Origin: a phage
DNA length: 64,000 bases
Direction: 5' to 3' (one strand)
Sequence record: PZ386965.1
In this document: positions 27,039 through 35,773 of the stretch, piece by piece
How positions within the stretch are numbered: the first letter of the stretch is position 1
How the letters are laid out: each line of letters opens with the position of its first letter
Notes under the pieces: model-generated
What the model saw: the letters and a program-made list of their open reading frames with translations, nothing else
What the model was told of the DNA's origin: nothing
Database searches by the model: none
Translations under genes and position numbers: made by a program

Positions 27039-27400
27039 TATAGACTCTCGGTAAAGGTACGAGCGATAACGTCGCGCTGCTGTTCCGGAGTCAGAGAGTT
27101 AAAGCGAACTGCATAACCGGATACACGGATGGTCAGCTGCGGATATTTTTCCGGATGCTTAACTGCATCTTCCAGAGTTTCACGACGCAGAACGTTAACG
27201 TTCAGGTGCTGACCACCTTCAATTTTAACTTTAGGTTGATGTTCAATTTCAATTTCACGAGCATTCAAACCGTAGAAAATTTCTGGATCTACAATAGCGT
27301 CTTCTTTAAAAGTCTTAGAGACAATAATCCGGGCTTGAGTACCGTCTTCAAAATAAATAGTGCCTTTATGTTCACCTTCAAGAATTTGATATGCTTTCAT
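27038..27400 (-). CDS. autonomous glycyl-radical cofactor (GrcA/YfiD-like)
   Basis: 120 aa; C-terminal ...[32 protein letters not shown] identical in pattern to E. coli GrcA glycyl-radical domain. Confidence 0.85.
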   Translation of the reverse strand: MKAYQILEGEHKGTIYFEDGTQARIIVSKTFKEDAIVDPEIFYGLNAREIEIEHQPKVKIEGGQHLNVNVLRRETLEDAVKHPEKYPQLTIRVSGYAVRFNSLTPEQQRDVIARTFTESL

Positions 27401-27406
27401 ATAACC

Positions 27407-27715
27407 TCAATTAGAAAATAAATTTATCCAAGTTTTTTCTTTAATCAAAAATGGGTCGGAATTAAACGCCATTAAACTTTGGGTGATTAATCCTTTAAAT
27501 GGCCCATCAATAAATTCCATTTTGAAATGCGGAATACTAGTCATCAACCGTGCATTAGGAGCGGTACAAAGAACCTGCTGCCCTGCGAACGGACCTTTAG
27601 TCAAACGGTATCGTTTAGGTTTAAAATGGTAAATCTCATAATTTTCTACAAGTGCCCTTTTATTGCATACTGGACTGTTATAACAATATTCAAAAACTTC
27701 AATAGTTGTCATCAT
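27407..27715 (-). CDS. hypothetical protein
   Basis: Trimmed to ATG overlapping upstream stop (ATGA). Confidence 0.4.
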   Translation of the reverse strand: MMTTIEVFEYCYNSPVCNKRALVENYEIYHFKPKRYRLTKGPFAGQQVLCTAPNARLMTSIPHFKMEFIDGPFKGLITQSLMAFNSDPFLIKEKTWINLFSN

Positions 27716-28251
27716 TGCATTCCAATCACAAAAAATTGAGGACGAGCAATACCACCGATGCAATATTTGCTTTTGCAACAGTGTTGGACTGTTTTAATAT
27801 GGATGTCGTAAATCTTATCCATATCAGGAGCTTTAATAGGCTCGTCAATTATGTACAGAATACGAGAAAGTGTTAATCCACGGAATTTATGTCCTTCATT
27901 ACCAATAAAACTACGGACAGAATCAGTAAATAAACGGAATCGAATATCATCGCTAGAATATCGAGAAAATTCTTTTTCAATGTTGCCAGCAGAAATTTTA
28001 GCATAAGCTGAAGTATTAGAAAGAACAATAACCGTTCCGCCATCATACAACCAATTAGCAGCAAAATTAGTCACAGCAATTGATTTACCTGATTGTCGGC
28101 CGCCGTCTAAACGAAGTGTACAGTACTGCTTGAGTACGTCTTCAAATGGTGGGACATAACCGTTCTTACAAATTTCTTCTACTCTAGCATCAGAATGGTG
28201 TGTAAAAGCATTCATCAGGGATAGATAAGGTCCAGTTAAAAATGTTCTCAT
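27712..28251 (-). CDS. P-loop-containing protein
   Basis: Trimmed to ATG (MRTFLTGPYL); GGRQSGKS Walker-A-like motif; ORF-track start is GTG. Confidence 0.45.
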   Translation of the reverse strand: MRTFLTGPYLSLMNAFTHHSDARVEEICKNGYVPPFEDVLKQYCTLRLDGGRQSGKSIAVTNFAANWLYDGGTVIVLSNTSAYAKISAGNIEKEFSRYSSDDIRFRLFTDSVRSFIGNEGHKFRGLTLSRILYIIDEPIKAPDMDKIYDIHIKTVQHCCKSKYCIGGIARPQFFVIGMQ

Positions 28252-28423
28252 ATTATTTCTCTTAAGGTTTGGGCCATTCCGTGGCACATGTTAGGTCCTT
28301 CGACTCGCTATGTAAACCCATTACCGCATTGCGCTCGACCTTATTACAGGTTGGAAAAGGTACATCACTCAGAGGACTCGACGTTCATGAGGAGAGGTTG
28401 CGTTTCCCTTTATTAGGCAAGAA

Positions 28424-28753
28424 TTATACTCTAGGCTTTTGAGCTTGTTTGGTATTGGATTCCCATGCGGCTTTGGTAATTTTGTTAGCGGCATAACCAA
28501 AGGCATTAGATAGAACACCTTTAGAGTTGAATACATCCAATCCAATAAGTACACCGGCTGCGTTAAATTTAGGAGCAAAGTACGCATTAGTTTTAGAAAG
28601 AGCTTTTTTCAATTCAGGGTCTTGAACCAAGCCATCAAAAACGCCTTTACTATTTACTTTATATGTTACTTTGGGATTCTTACCTTCTTCGATAGCAGCT
28701 TTCTGTTCCGCAGATAATGTAACTTCAGTGATAAACTCCTGATATGTTTTCAT
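28424..28753 (-). CDS. internal protein (capsid-targeting sequence MKTYQEFITE)
   Basis: 109 aa; N-terminal MKTYQEFI..E leader typical of T4 IPI/IPII/IPIII precursors processed by the gp21 prohead protease. Confidence 0.6.
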   Translation of the reverse strand: MKTYQEFITEVTLSAEQKAAIEEGKNPKVTYKVNSKGVFDGLVQDPELKKALSKTNAYFAPKFNAAGVLIGLDVFNSKGVLSNAFGYAANKITKAAWESNTKQAQKPRV

Positions 28754-28778
28754 TTTGTTCCTATTGTTTTAATTTATG

Positions 28779-29093
28779 TTATTCTTTAGGGAAGTTTTTA
28801 GAGTATGCATCATAAAGTTTATTACCAATACGACGGAAGACTTTAGCTGCAAAACGGTTTTCAGGGTTTTTAATCATGATTTGCATCATGTAAGTTCCTG
28901 CATCCGAAAGAGCTTCTTCATAGTACCCATTAATTTCTTTAAGAGTCCTACGTTTACCACCAGGACCGTCAACAGTAATTTTCCATTTACCTGTAGAAGT
29001 GCGGCTCGGTGGCTCAACTTGTTCAATCCAAATATAACCACCTTCAACGCGTTGGTTGGCGGATTCTGCAATAAATTCTTTATACGTTTTCAT
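28779..29093 (-). CDS. internal protein (capsid-targeting sequence MKTYKEFIAE)
   Basis: 104 aa; CTS leader; own early promoter at 29125-29154. Confidence 0.6.
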   Translation of the reverse strand: MKTYKEFIAESANQRVEGGYIWIEQVEPPSRTSTGKWKITVDGPGGKRRTLKEINGYYEEALSDAGTYMMQIMIKNPENRFAAKVFRRIGNKLYDAYSKNFPKE

Positions 29094-29124
29094 TTTTTGT
29101 TTCCTTGTTTGTTTTGATAGAGTA

Positions 29125-29154
29125 ATTATACCATATTAATACTTAAGCGTAAAC
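29125..29154 (-). promoter_or_regulatory. sigma70-type early promoter
   Basis: Minus strand GTTTACG-N17-TATAAT upstream of internal-protein gene. Confidence 0.5.
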
Positions 29155-29157
29155 AAT

Positions 29158-29418
29158 TTAAGCTTTACCTCCAGAAATAATTCCGAAGTTGTTAAAATCG
29201 TATCCAATATCGTCAACATCTACTTTAGGACTTACTACAACATAAGCAATTTCACTACGTTTTGCATAGGTGTTGATTTCTTTACCATCGCCACCTAAGA
29301 AAGAATACCCATTACGTTTTAATGAGCCAAAGTCTTCCGCATCACCAATGAAAGCTTTAACTTTAAATTTGGGGTCTTTGGCATCTGCTTCAATGATAAA
29401 TTCTTGATACATTTTCAT
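29158..29418 (-). CDS. internal protein (capsid-targeting sequence MKMYQEFIIE)
   Basis: Trimmed to ATG with AAGGA SD; 86 aa. Confidence 0.55.
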   Translation of the reverse strand: MKMYQEFIIEADAKDPKFKVKAFIGDAEDFGSLKRNGYSFLGGDGKEINTYAKRSEIAYVVVSPKVDVDDIGYDFNNFGIISGGKA

Positions 29419-29425
29419 TTTTTCC

Positions 29426-29839
29426 TTAGTAAATTGATTTACCATAGTATTTGTACCAAGACGGCCGTTGAGCAATTTTTTCATCTAAGCGTGCTTGACT
29501 TATCGCAATGGACGCTTCGGACGGGACGTAATTATTACGAAATTCTACAGGAATGTCGGAAATATCCTGGACAGTCGTGTCCTTGATTTTGAAACCACGT
29601 TTCAAGCATTCAGCGATTAGCTCGATTTGACGTAAACGTAAAAATTCGAGTTTGTCGTAAAAGAATGTTACGTGACCTGTGCCTAAGATAAATGTTGGAG
29701 AGATTTTAAAATCCTTTACACGTTTACCGTTTTGAACATGTTTACGGACTGCACCAAATACGCGTGGTAATTCACGATACTCGGCCATAAGATGTTGGTC
29801 GGCCAGTTCAGAAACAAGTGTTAAATTGATACGGGTCAT
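29426..29839 (-). CDS. denV: endonuclease V (pyrimidine-dimer DNA glycosylase) DenV
   Basis: 137 aa from [29 protein letters not shown]; matches recalled T4 DenV. Confidence 0.95.
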   Translation of the reverse strand: MTRINLTLVSELADQHLMAEYRELPRVFGAVRKHVQNGKRVKDFKISPTFILGTGHVTFFYDKLEFLRLRQIELIAECLKRGFKIKDTTVQDISDIPVEFRNNYVPSEASIAISQARLDEKIAQRPSWYKYYGKSIY

Positions 29840-29866
29840 AATTTCCTCCAAGTAGTTGATGAATGT

Positions 29867-29896
29867 ATAGTATCAAAACTCTTGGAGGAAGTAAAC
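29867..29896 (-). promoter_or_regulatory. sigma70-type early promoter upstream of denV
   Basis: Minus strand GTTTAC-N18-TACTAT. Confidence 0.4.
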
Positions 29897-29897
29897 A

Positions 29898-30179
29898 CTA
29901 TTTTTCTGAAGCGCCTGAAATATATTTTTCAAGACGTTGTTTCATCAGCGAGCCGTTCTTAGCAATTTCTTCCGGTTTATCGCACATGCGCAACAATGCT
30001 TCAAGCTTAACGATATCACTGGTACGTTCAAATTTGCGAGTATCTATCTTACTAGCAAGTTCAGAAATACGTGCTAATAGACTTTCAGCTTCAACCAAAG
30101 CTGCACCTAGCTTAGTTGCAAATGTGTCAGTAGCTTCGTTAAGAATAGATTCTGATAAAAATTCACTATATGTTTTCAT
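29898..30179 (-). CDS. internal protein (capsid-targeting sequence [10 protein letters not shown])
   Basis: Trimmed to ATG; start codon overlaps lysozyme stop (ATGA); 93 aa. Confidence 0.55.
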   Translation of the reverse strand: MKTYSEFLSESILNEATDTFATKLGAALVEAESLLARISELASKIDTRKFERTSDIVKLEALLRMCDKPEEIAKNGSLMKQRLEKYISGASEK

Positions 30180-30664
30180 ATATACGCTTTCCAAGTTCCT
30201 GTTTTAAATGTTGAGATTACGCGTTTCGCTCGATTAGGTGTCTGACGATACCATTTAGATTGGGCTAGATTTACTGCCGCCTCGTCCCAACGTTTCTGTT
30301 GAAGCATACGAAGAGAATTAGTAAAACCGGCAACGCCTGCTACACCCATTTGGAAGACCATATTGATCAATGCACATCGACGAACCGCATCTAAAGAATC
30401 ATATACCGGTTTAAGTTTAGCATTACCCAAGATTCCTCGAACGGCTTTATCAACGTCTTCATTAAATAGCTTTTCAGCCTCATCAAGGGTAATTGTACCG
30501 TTGCATTTACGACCGATCATTCTGTCAAGTTCAGCTTTAGCTACGGCTAAAGACGGGTTCTTTGTTACTAAATGGCCTATGCCAATCGTCCAAAAGCCTT
30601 CAGTGTCTTTATATAAAGTCAGTCTAAGACCTTCGTCATTACGAAGCATTTCAAATATATTCAT
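30176..30664 (-). CDS. e: lysozyme (endolysin, T4 e type)
   Basis: 162 aa from [32 protein letters not shown]; catalytic E11/D20/T26 context conserved; matches recalled T4 lysozyme. Confidence 0.95.
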   Translation of the reverse strand: MNIFEMLRNDEGLRLTLYKDTEGFWTIGIGHLVTKNPSLAVAKAELDRMIGRKCNGTITLDEAEKLFNEDVDKAVRGILGNAKLKPVYDSLDAVRRCALINMVFQMGVAGVAGFTNSLRMLQQKRWDEAAVNLAQSKWYRQTPNRAKRVISTFKTGTWKAYI

Positions 30665-30666
30665 AA

Positions 30667-30690
30667 TACCTCCCACGTTTATAGGAGGTA
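30667..30690 (-). promoter_or_regulatory. RBS-sequestering hairpin of gene e with embedded late-promoter-like sequence
   Basis: Perfect 7-bp stem TACCTCC/GGAGGTA with 10-nt loop; the GGAGG SD of e lies in the 3' arm; AATAAATA and TATAAACG late-promoter-like octamers overlap the 5' arm and loop. Confidence 0.6.
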
Positions 30691-30698
30691 TTTATTAC

Positions 30699-31157
30699 TT
30701 ATAGGATGGTAGTGAGCACCTTATATAACGATTTGCCCATTACATATTCCCATTGAGAAGGTTTAATTAAAGCGAATGCATCAAATTCAGGAATCTGACG
30801 TCCGTCTGGGAATGTATGATAGGAATTACAAACACTGTTTCTGAATTGCTCGTGCTCTACAGGGATGGTATATAGGAACAGATGAATATTCTTATTGTCT
30901 GAGTAATGATGTTCACCTAGGTCTTTCAGGAAGGCAGGGTCATATTGTGTAAACCCAGTTTCTTCTTCGCATTCACGAATAGCGGCTTCGATAGGAGATT
31001 CACCTGGCTCGACACGGCCTTTAGGAATATCCCACCGATGAGCTAAAGAACCTTTAGGACGAGAACCAGTTACACGCCCCATGAATAATTCTTTATCTTC
31101 GGTAAGGAAAATAATACCGGCTGATAGTTCTTTCACTTTATTTTTCTTACTCATCAT
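30699..31157 (-). CDS. nudE: Nudix hydrolase NudE
   Basis: 152 aa; Nudix box GRVEPGESPIEAAIRECEEETGF. Confidence 0.85.
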   Translation of the reverse strand: MMSKKNKVKELSAGIIFLTEDKELFMGRVTGSRPKGSLAHRWDIPKGRVEPGESPIEAAIRECEEETGFTQYDPAFLKDLGEHHYSDNKNIHLFLYTIPVEHEQFRNSVCNSYHTFPDGRQIPEFDAFALIKPSQWEYVMGKSLYKVLTTIL

Positions 31158-31383
31158 CTCGGTCCCATGATTTAGCCATTAATTCGGACATAAATTCTTC
31201 AATGCGCGTTTCTTTAGATGGACTTTCACTATTAGAGACCGCAAGTTTGTAATCTGCAATAGGACAGAACATATCAAGGTCCGTATTAAGGTCGTCTTTG
31301 ATTTTTTCTTCTGACACATCTTTATCGTATGTGTACAGATAACTATCACATGATTCTGATTTAATGTAAATTGCTATACTCAT
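31147..31383 (-). CDS. hypothetical acidic protein
   Basis: Trimmed to ATG (MSIAIYIKSE) overlapping upstream stop. Confidence 0.4.
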   Translation of the reverse strand: MSIAIYIKSESCDSYLYTYDKDVSEEKIKDDLNTDLDMFCPIADYKLAVSNSESPSKETRIEEFMSELMAKSWDRDDE

Positions 31384-31871
31384 CTCAAATTCCTGCATTC
31401 GGTAATAAAACGTTCAACTTCATTATTCTTGGCCTTTATCTTGTCTTTACGTTCCTGTAAACTACTTTTAACAAGATTAATAATGATGGCGGCGGTACCG
31501 CCGCCAATGATGCCACCAACAACACTTATGATACTAGATGCTAATAAGATAGCAATAATATCAACAAAACCGAAAGAACTCACCTTAGTACTGAAAAACC
31601 ATACCGACGGTACAAATATAATCCATCCTGTTATCCATTGGCACTTATTGAAAAACTTTTCAAGCTCAGCTTGAGTTGTTCGTATTACTTCATCGATAGG
31701 TTGATATCCATTAATGTATCTGTTCACGATAATACCTGCTGGCTGGTCGATTTTAAATTCTTGGCAAATACGTTTCACTAAGTAGGATGGACATCCTGTC
31801 CAATCTACTGAATAGTATGAAATACCTTCGTTGCCATCGTCTATATTAGACCAATATGTTTTGTTAATCAT
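31380..31871 (-). CDS. membrane protein with C-terminal ERFITECR motif
   Basis: 163 aa; two hydrophobic helices including Gly-rich IISVVGGIIGGGTAAIIINL; ends ...ERFITECRNLR. Confidence 0.45.
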   Translation of the reverse strand: MINKTYWSNIDDGNEGISYYSVDWTGCPSYLVKRICQEFKIDQPAGIIVNRYINGYQPIDEVIRTTQAELEKFFNKCQWITGWIIFVPSVWFFSTKVSSFGFVDIIAILLASSIISVVGGIIGGGTAAIIINLVKSSLQERKDKIKAKNNEVERFITECRNLR

Positions 31872-32557
31872 TACCAGCCTTCCATAGGGAATTCTAGATA
31901 AACTTGAGCGTTGACACGAATTTCATTGGTAATCTTTTTAACTCGGTCTGTATTACGAGATACACGTCCGAACCAACGCCATCCATTACTAATTGCACGA
32001 GAACCAGTGTGCCATGTTTGCCAATCAAACTGAAGAAGAGTACGGTCTGGAGCTTCCCATTTCTCTAGTTCACCTTTTTCAATTTTTTCGAGGACTTCTT
32101 TGTGCCACTGGCGATAGATAAGTTCGCCATCAGGAATCTGACTGAACTCTGCAGTTCCTGTTGCAAAATGAGTAGGACACACGTCAGCGTTAACAAGACC
32201 AAGAATATGTTCAGAATGGTAACGAGGGTTATCATAGTCAGGTTGTCCTGCAGTAATAAAGTGTTGGCCGACTGGAATATCAGGGCGAGGAACATCGTCA
32301 TGGTGGTATCCAGGAATAGCAGGATACCAACCAGGCATAAGCATATGAACACGTGAATCGAATACTACTTCATTAGTGTTCCAGTCATCAGGCAGATTCA
32401 TGATGAAAGAACGAGTGATAGGACCGCCGTTATCAAAAGCAAACTTCAGGTTGCAGTTGAAGAACATAGGCTCATTTTTAATTTTATCATTACTGATACG
32501 GCCAGCGAAACCACCTACTGCACGAGCTTGACTATTAAACACTTTAGAACTATTCAT
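31871..32557 (-). CDS. hypothetical protein
   Basis: 228 aa; His/Asp-rich central region (HHDDVP, HSEH). Confidence 0.5.
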   Translation of the reverse strand: MNSSKVFNSQARAVGGFAGRISNDKIKNEPMFFNCNLKFAFDNGGPITRSFIMNLPDDWNTNEVVFDSRVHMLMPGWYPAIPGYHHDDVPRPDIPVGQHFITAGQPDYDNPRYHSEHILGLVNADVCPTHFATGTAEFSQIPDGELIYRQWHKEVLEKIEKGELEKWEAPDRTLLQFDWQTWHTGSRAISNGWRWFGRVSRNTDRVKKITNEIRVNAQVYLEFPMEGW

Positions 32558-32558
32558 A

Positions 32559-32864
32559 TTATTTTCCTCGACATTCTTTAATGAAATTTTCTAGATTGGT
32601 AGATTCAATAGCTTTTTTACGAGCTTCAGCGTGTTCTTCTTCAGTTAATCTACGTTTAAACTTGACCCAAACATTATGGTCGAAACCTGTTGTCGCGTAT
32701 AATAACAGAGCACCAACGAATAACAAAAACGGTGATAAAAATACACAACCAGGAACACCATCCATATCGTAAGCCTTTTGTAATACTGCAACAGAAAGAG
32801 CTGCGTAAAAAGGTGATGCAAATATTGTTAAAAGACCAATTCGGTTGGTTTCGCCTAATTTCAT
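32559..32864 (-). CDS. membrane protein with C-terminal ENFIKECR motif
   Basis: 101 aa; two TM segments; ends ...LENFIKECRGK; ATG with GAGGAG SD. Confidence 0.45.
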   Translation of the reverse strand: MKLGETNRIGLLTIFASPFYAALSVAVLQKAYDMDGVPGCVFLSPFLLFVGALLLYATTGFDHNVWVKFKRRLTEEEHAEARKKAIESTNLENFIKECRGK

Positions 32865-32892
32865 AATATTCTCCTCATGTTTTAATAGGACT

Positions 32893-32921
32893 ACTATAAC
32901 ATAGTCCTATCTTGTTGTAAA
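32893..32921 (-). promoter_or_regulatory. early promoter within 28-bp palindromic promoter-stem-loop element
   Basis: Same element as 22137-22164 (ATAGGACTACTATAACATAGTCCTATC); TTTACA-N17-TATAGT. Confidence 0.5.
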
Positions 32922-32934
32922 CAGTTTTGTGAAG

Positions 32935-33891
32935 TTATTTGAAAGGTTTTACCATATGAAAATTTTGTTTGAAACGCTTGACGTAATCGTCGTGTCCTAA
33001 GCTTTGATACATACTTACTACTTTGCCATAGTTCTCCCAGGCATACTCACGGAACCAGCCTGATGTGATTGAAGTACAGACCTTTTCTAATGCCATCATA
33101 AAACTATCACGAGGATGGATTTCAAAGCCATTAGGAATCTGAGAACGTTCTAATGCTAGTACACATGATTCTTCGTATACGCCGGCCAATTTGACCATTT
33201 CCGGTAATGATTCGAACTTCTCGCGTGAGGTCATGACTTCAGAACCATCTTTCATATAAAATGTATACGCTGGACGGTCTGTTAGTGCAATGGCTTCGTG
33301 AATAGTATCATGGTCATACGTATAGATGTCATCTTTAAAGAATGCGCTTTTAGAAGTGTCAAGAACCGGGTGAGCATAGTTCAAGGTTTCTTTCTGGCGT
33401 TTCAGCATAATTTCAGTAAGTTCATCGTCCAGTGTAACACCTTTACCACGAAGATACTGAATATGGTTCATAGTCTTTAAAAAGAATGGATTATTTTTCT
33501 TGAAACGATGAGACATCTTAATTGCAAGACACATCTCAGGAGTTGCCCAGTAAAACCCGTTCAAACGGTCTTTAGTCAAATTTTTCTTGGCGTATTTTAA
33601 AAGGTCATAAGAAGACGTGAAATCTTCAGGAGTGAGTTCACCGACTAATTCACGGACATTAGTGATTGCCGGAACAATGTATGCTTCAAAATGAGTTTCG
33701 CGTCCGTTATGGAAGCATTTGAAAACTTGGACATCAGGGTTATCTTGGTGAACATATACACCCATCATTTGATTTTTGAATACATTCCAAGAACCTTGGT
33801 CCGCAATAAAGTCCCAATCACTATTTTTGATAGCGCTAGAATCAATAAGGCCGTGATAGTGAAGTGCACGAGAACCAATAACCAACATCAT
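32935..33891 (-). CDS. hypothetical protein
   Basis: 318-aa ORF. Confidence 0.5.
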   Translation of the reverse strand: MMLVIGSRALHYHGLIDSSAIKNSDWDFIADQGSWNVFKNQMMGVYVHQDNPDVQVFKCFHNGRETHFEAYIVPAITNVRELVGELTPEDFTSSYDLLKYAKKNLTKDRLNGFYWATPEMCLAIKMSHRFKKNNPFFLKTMNHIQYLRGKGVTLDDELTEIMLKRQKETLNYAHPVLDTSKSAFFKDDIYTYDHDTIHEAIALTDRPAYTFYMKDGSEVMTSREKFESLPEMVKLAGVYEESCVLALERSQIPNGFEIHPRDSFMMALEKVCTSITSGWFREYAWENYGKVVSMYQSLGHDDYVKRFKQNFHMVKPFK

Positions 33892-33916
33892 AATAATTTC
33901 CTCGAATTTAGATTAC

Positions 33917-34168
33917 TTAAATTTCGCGACATGCGATATTATATTCATCCCAGAGGTCGTCATGTGAAGCCTCTACCAATGGAACGATTGTGCCGTTTAT
34001 GTCTTCATTATAAGGGCAAATTGTACAGTGCGCATCTTCGAATCGGATGCCTTTGTGTTCAGATTTTTTATAACGCATATCGAATATCTTTGCAAACTTT
34101 TCACGAGTAATAGTTTTAGCAACTACTTCGGTTCCGATACTTTCGTAATAAATCATTGTAGACTCCAT
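33917..34168 (-). CDS. hypothetical protein
   Basis: 83-aa ORF; CTIC...C pair. Confidence 0.4.
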   Translation of the reverse strand: MESTMIYYESIGTEVVAKTITREKFAKIFDMRYKKSEHKGIRFEDAHCTICPYNEDINGTIVPLVEASHDDLWDEYNIACREI

Positions 34169-34184
34169 TTAATTTGATAGGACT

Positions 34185-34213
34185 ACTATAACATAGCCCT
34201 ATCTTGTTGTAAA
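34185..34213 (-). promoter_or_regulatory. early promoter within 28-bp palindromic promoter-stem-loop element (1 mismatch)
   Basis: GATAGGACTACTATAACATAGCCCTATC; TTTACA-N17-TATAGT. Confidence 0.5.
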
Positions 34214-34218
34214 CTGTT

Positions 34219-34416
34219 TTAGCAAGAATAACTAGATGATACCCAGCCTTGAACAGTAATACTATTATTTGATAACGAGATTGCGTCCTGGAGATTAAGA
34301 CCTGCGTTATCTTCAATCCACAATGTAACTTCTTCACGCTCTTCGGTTGCAATCTGGAACAGGTTTTCTAGGGCAGCTACTGCTGTACGTACAGCACAAT
34401 CTAATTCACGAGACAT
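34219..34416 (-). CDS. small protein, C-terminal GWVSSSYSC (paralog family member 3)
   Basis: 65 aa; shares terminal G-x-W-V-S-S-S-x-x-C with the two genes upstream. Confidence 0.45.
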   Translation of the reverse strand: MSRELDCAVRTAVAALENLFQIATEEREEVTLWIEDNAGLNLQDAISLSNNSITVQGWVSSSYSC

Positions 34417-34425
34417 ATGATTTCC

Positions 34426-34698
34426 TTAACAAGTGTGAGAAGATGCAACCCAACCGCCATCTTCAAGGCTCAAGTTGTAGTCGTATTGGTAAACATCGGC
34501 CCATTCAGCATAACCGTTTTTTGTACAACGTTCAAGATCGGCTTTAAGATGTCCTGGCGAATGATAGGTTCCACCCATGCCATAAGCTGGATACAAGTCG
34601 AATGTTGTGTTTTGTTTATCAGCAATTTCTTTGGCAGCCTCAATAGCTGCATAGATTTTTGCTACGGCTTCAGCCAGTTCGGTTTGTTCTTTAGACAT
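34426..34698 (-). CDS. small protein, C-terminal GGWVASSHTC (paralog family member 2)
   Basis: 90 aa; MSK start; YPAYGMGGTY core; terminal Cys. Confidence 0.45.
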   Translation of the reverse strand: MSKEQTELAEAVAKIYAAIEAAKEIADKQNTTFDLYPAYGMGGTYHSPGHLKADLERCTKNGYAEWADVYQYDYNLSLEDGGWVASSHTC

Positions 34699-34707
34699 AA
34701 TGATTCC

Positions 34708-35013
34708 TTAGCACAACGCAGAAGACGAAACCCAAGCACCTTCAGTAATAACGTAACCATTACCTTCACGCTTAACGTCGCCACCATTATTTTCAATTTC
34801 ATTTTTCATCCACTGGGATACGATTTCACCCTTAGGATAATAAGTACGACCGCTACCATAATCACCTACAGAAAACGATACAGCGTATTGGTCTGCGATC
34901 TTTGTTGCTTCTTCTTCGATACGTTCAGCTTGATTCAGAAGTTTATAAATTGCATCTGAAGCGGATTTGGCATCATTAAACTCTGGTACTTTAATTTCAA
35001 TAATCTTACTCAT
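34708..35013 (-). CDS. small protein, C-terminal GAWVSSSALC (paralog family member 1)
   Basis: 101 aa; MSK start; DYGSGRTYYPKGE core; terminal Cys. Confidence 0.45.
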   Translation of the reverse strand: MSKIIEIKVPEFNDAKSASDAIYKLLNQAERIEEEATKIADQYAVSFSVGDYGSGRTYYPKGEIVSQWMKNEIENNGGDVKREGNGYVITEGAWVSSSALC

Positions 35014-35369
35014 TTTCTACATTCCTTAATAAAGTTTTCGATTGTTTCATTTTCACGTCTAGCTAGGAGTTCATTATAACTAATCATTTGAGAAGCGTAA
35101 ACCTTTTTATTTTTCTTGTTATGGTTTATAAAATCGTAGTAAAAATAGACTACAGTACAAAAGGATGCTATTGATGCAAAGGCTTGGGTATACCGTAAGT
35201 CCTGCCATTGGTCTGTGAATCCACCGGTGTTACCTATAAATCCTAACACAACGCCATCAATAAGAAATCCAACTAATCCAAAGGCAAATCCCATGCCAAT
35301 ACTCATAATAAAAATTAGAATGTTCTCGCCAAGAGAAGGCCATACGGTTAAGAGTTGAGGCTTTTGCAT
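35010..35369 (-). CDS. membrane protein with C-terminal ENFIKECR motif
   Basis: 119 aa; multiple TM segments; ends ...ETIENFIKECRK; stop overlaps next ATG. Confidence 0.45.
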   Translation of the reverse strand: MQKPQLLTVWPSLGENILIFIMSIGMGFAFGLVGFLIDGVVLGFIGNTGGFTDQWQDLRYTQAFASIASFCTVVYFYYDFINHNKKNKKVYASQMISYNELLARRENETIENFIKECRK

Positions 35370-35773
35370 CTTATTTCCTTAACGAATTCCATAGCTTCTT
35401 CATATTCATACTTTTTAACAGCTTCAACATACTGAGCTTGGGCTTTTGCGCACTGAACTTTCCACTCGCGAACTCGAGCTCTGTGATGACGGCCTTGGTG
35501 CCAATATCCTGCCCAATTAATAGGCATTAATAAAAACGGTACAATAAGTGGTGCGACGAACATTAATGAAAACGCTGCATCAGACGATATAACTTTATTG
35601 GAATCTAAAATAGCTCCTATAATCATAAAGATTAAAAATGCTAAAGCTAAAATAGGGCCAAATAGTACTTCGTTTGGGATTAATTTACGTTTGTATTCGT
35701 ATGCCCAGGGCTTAATTGGCATGTACAGGGTTGGCTTTGACATATTCTCTACATTCCATAATAAATTGCTCAA
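35348..35773 (-). CDS. membrane protein with C-terminal EFVKEIRCK motif
   Basis: 141 aa; two TM segments; His/Arg-rich cytoplasmic loop. Confidence 0.45.
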   Translation of the reverse strand: MSNLLWNVENMSKPTLYMPIKPWAYEYKRKLIPNEVLFGPILALAFLIFMIIGAILDSNKVISSDAAFSLMFVAPLIVPFLLMPINWAGYWHQGRHHRARVREWKVQCAKAQAQYVEAVKKYEYEEAMEFVKEIRCKSLNS

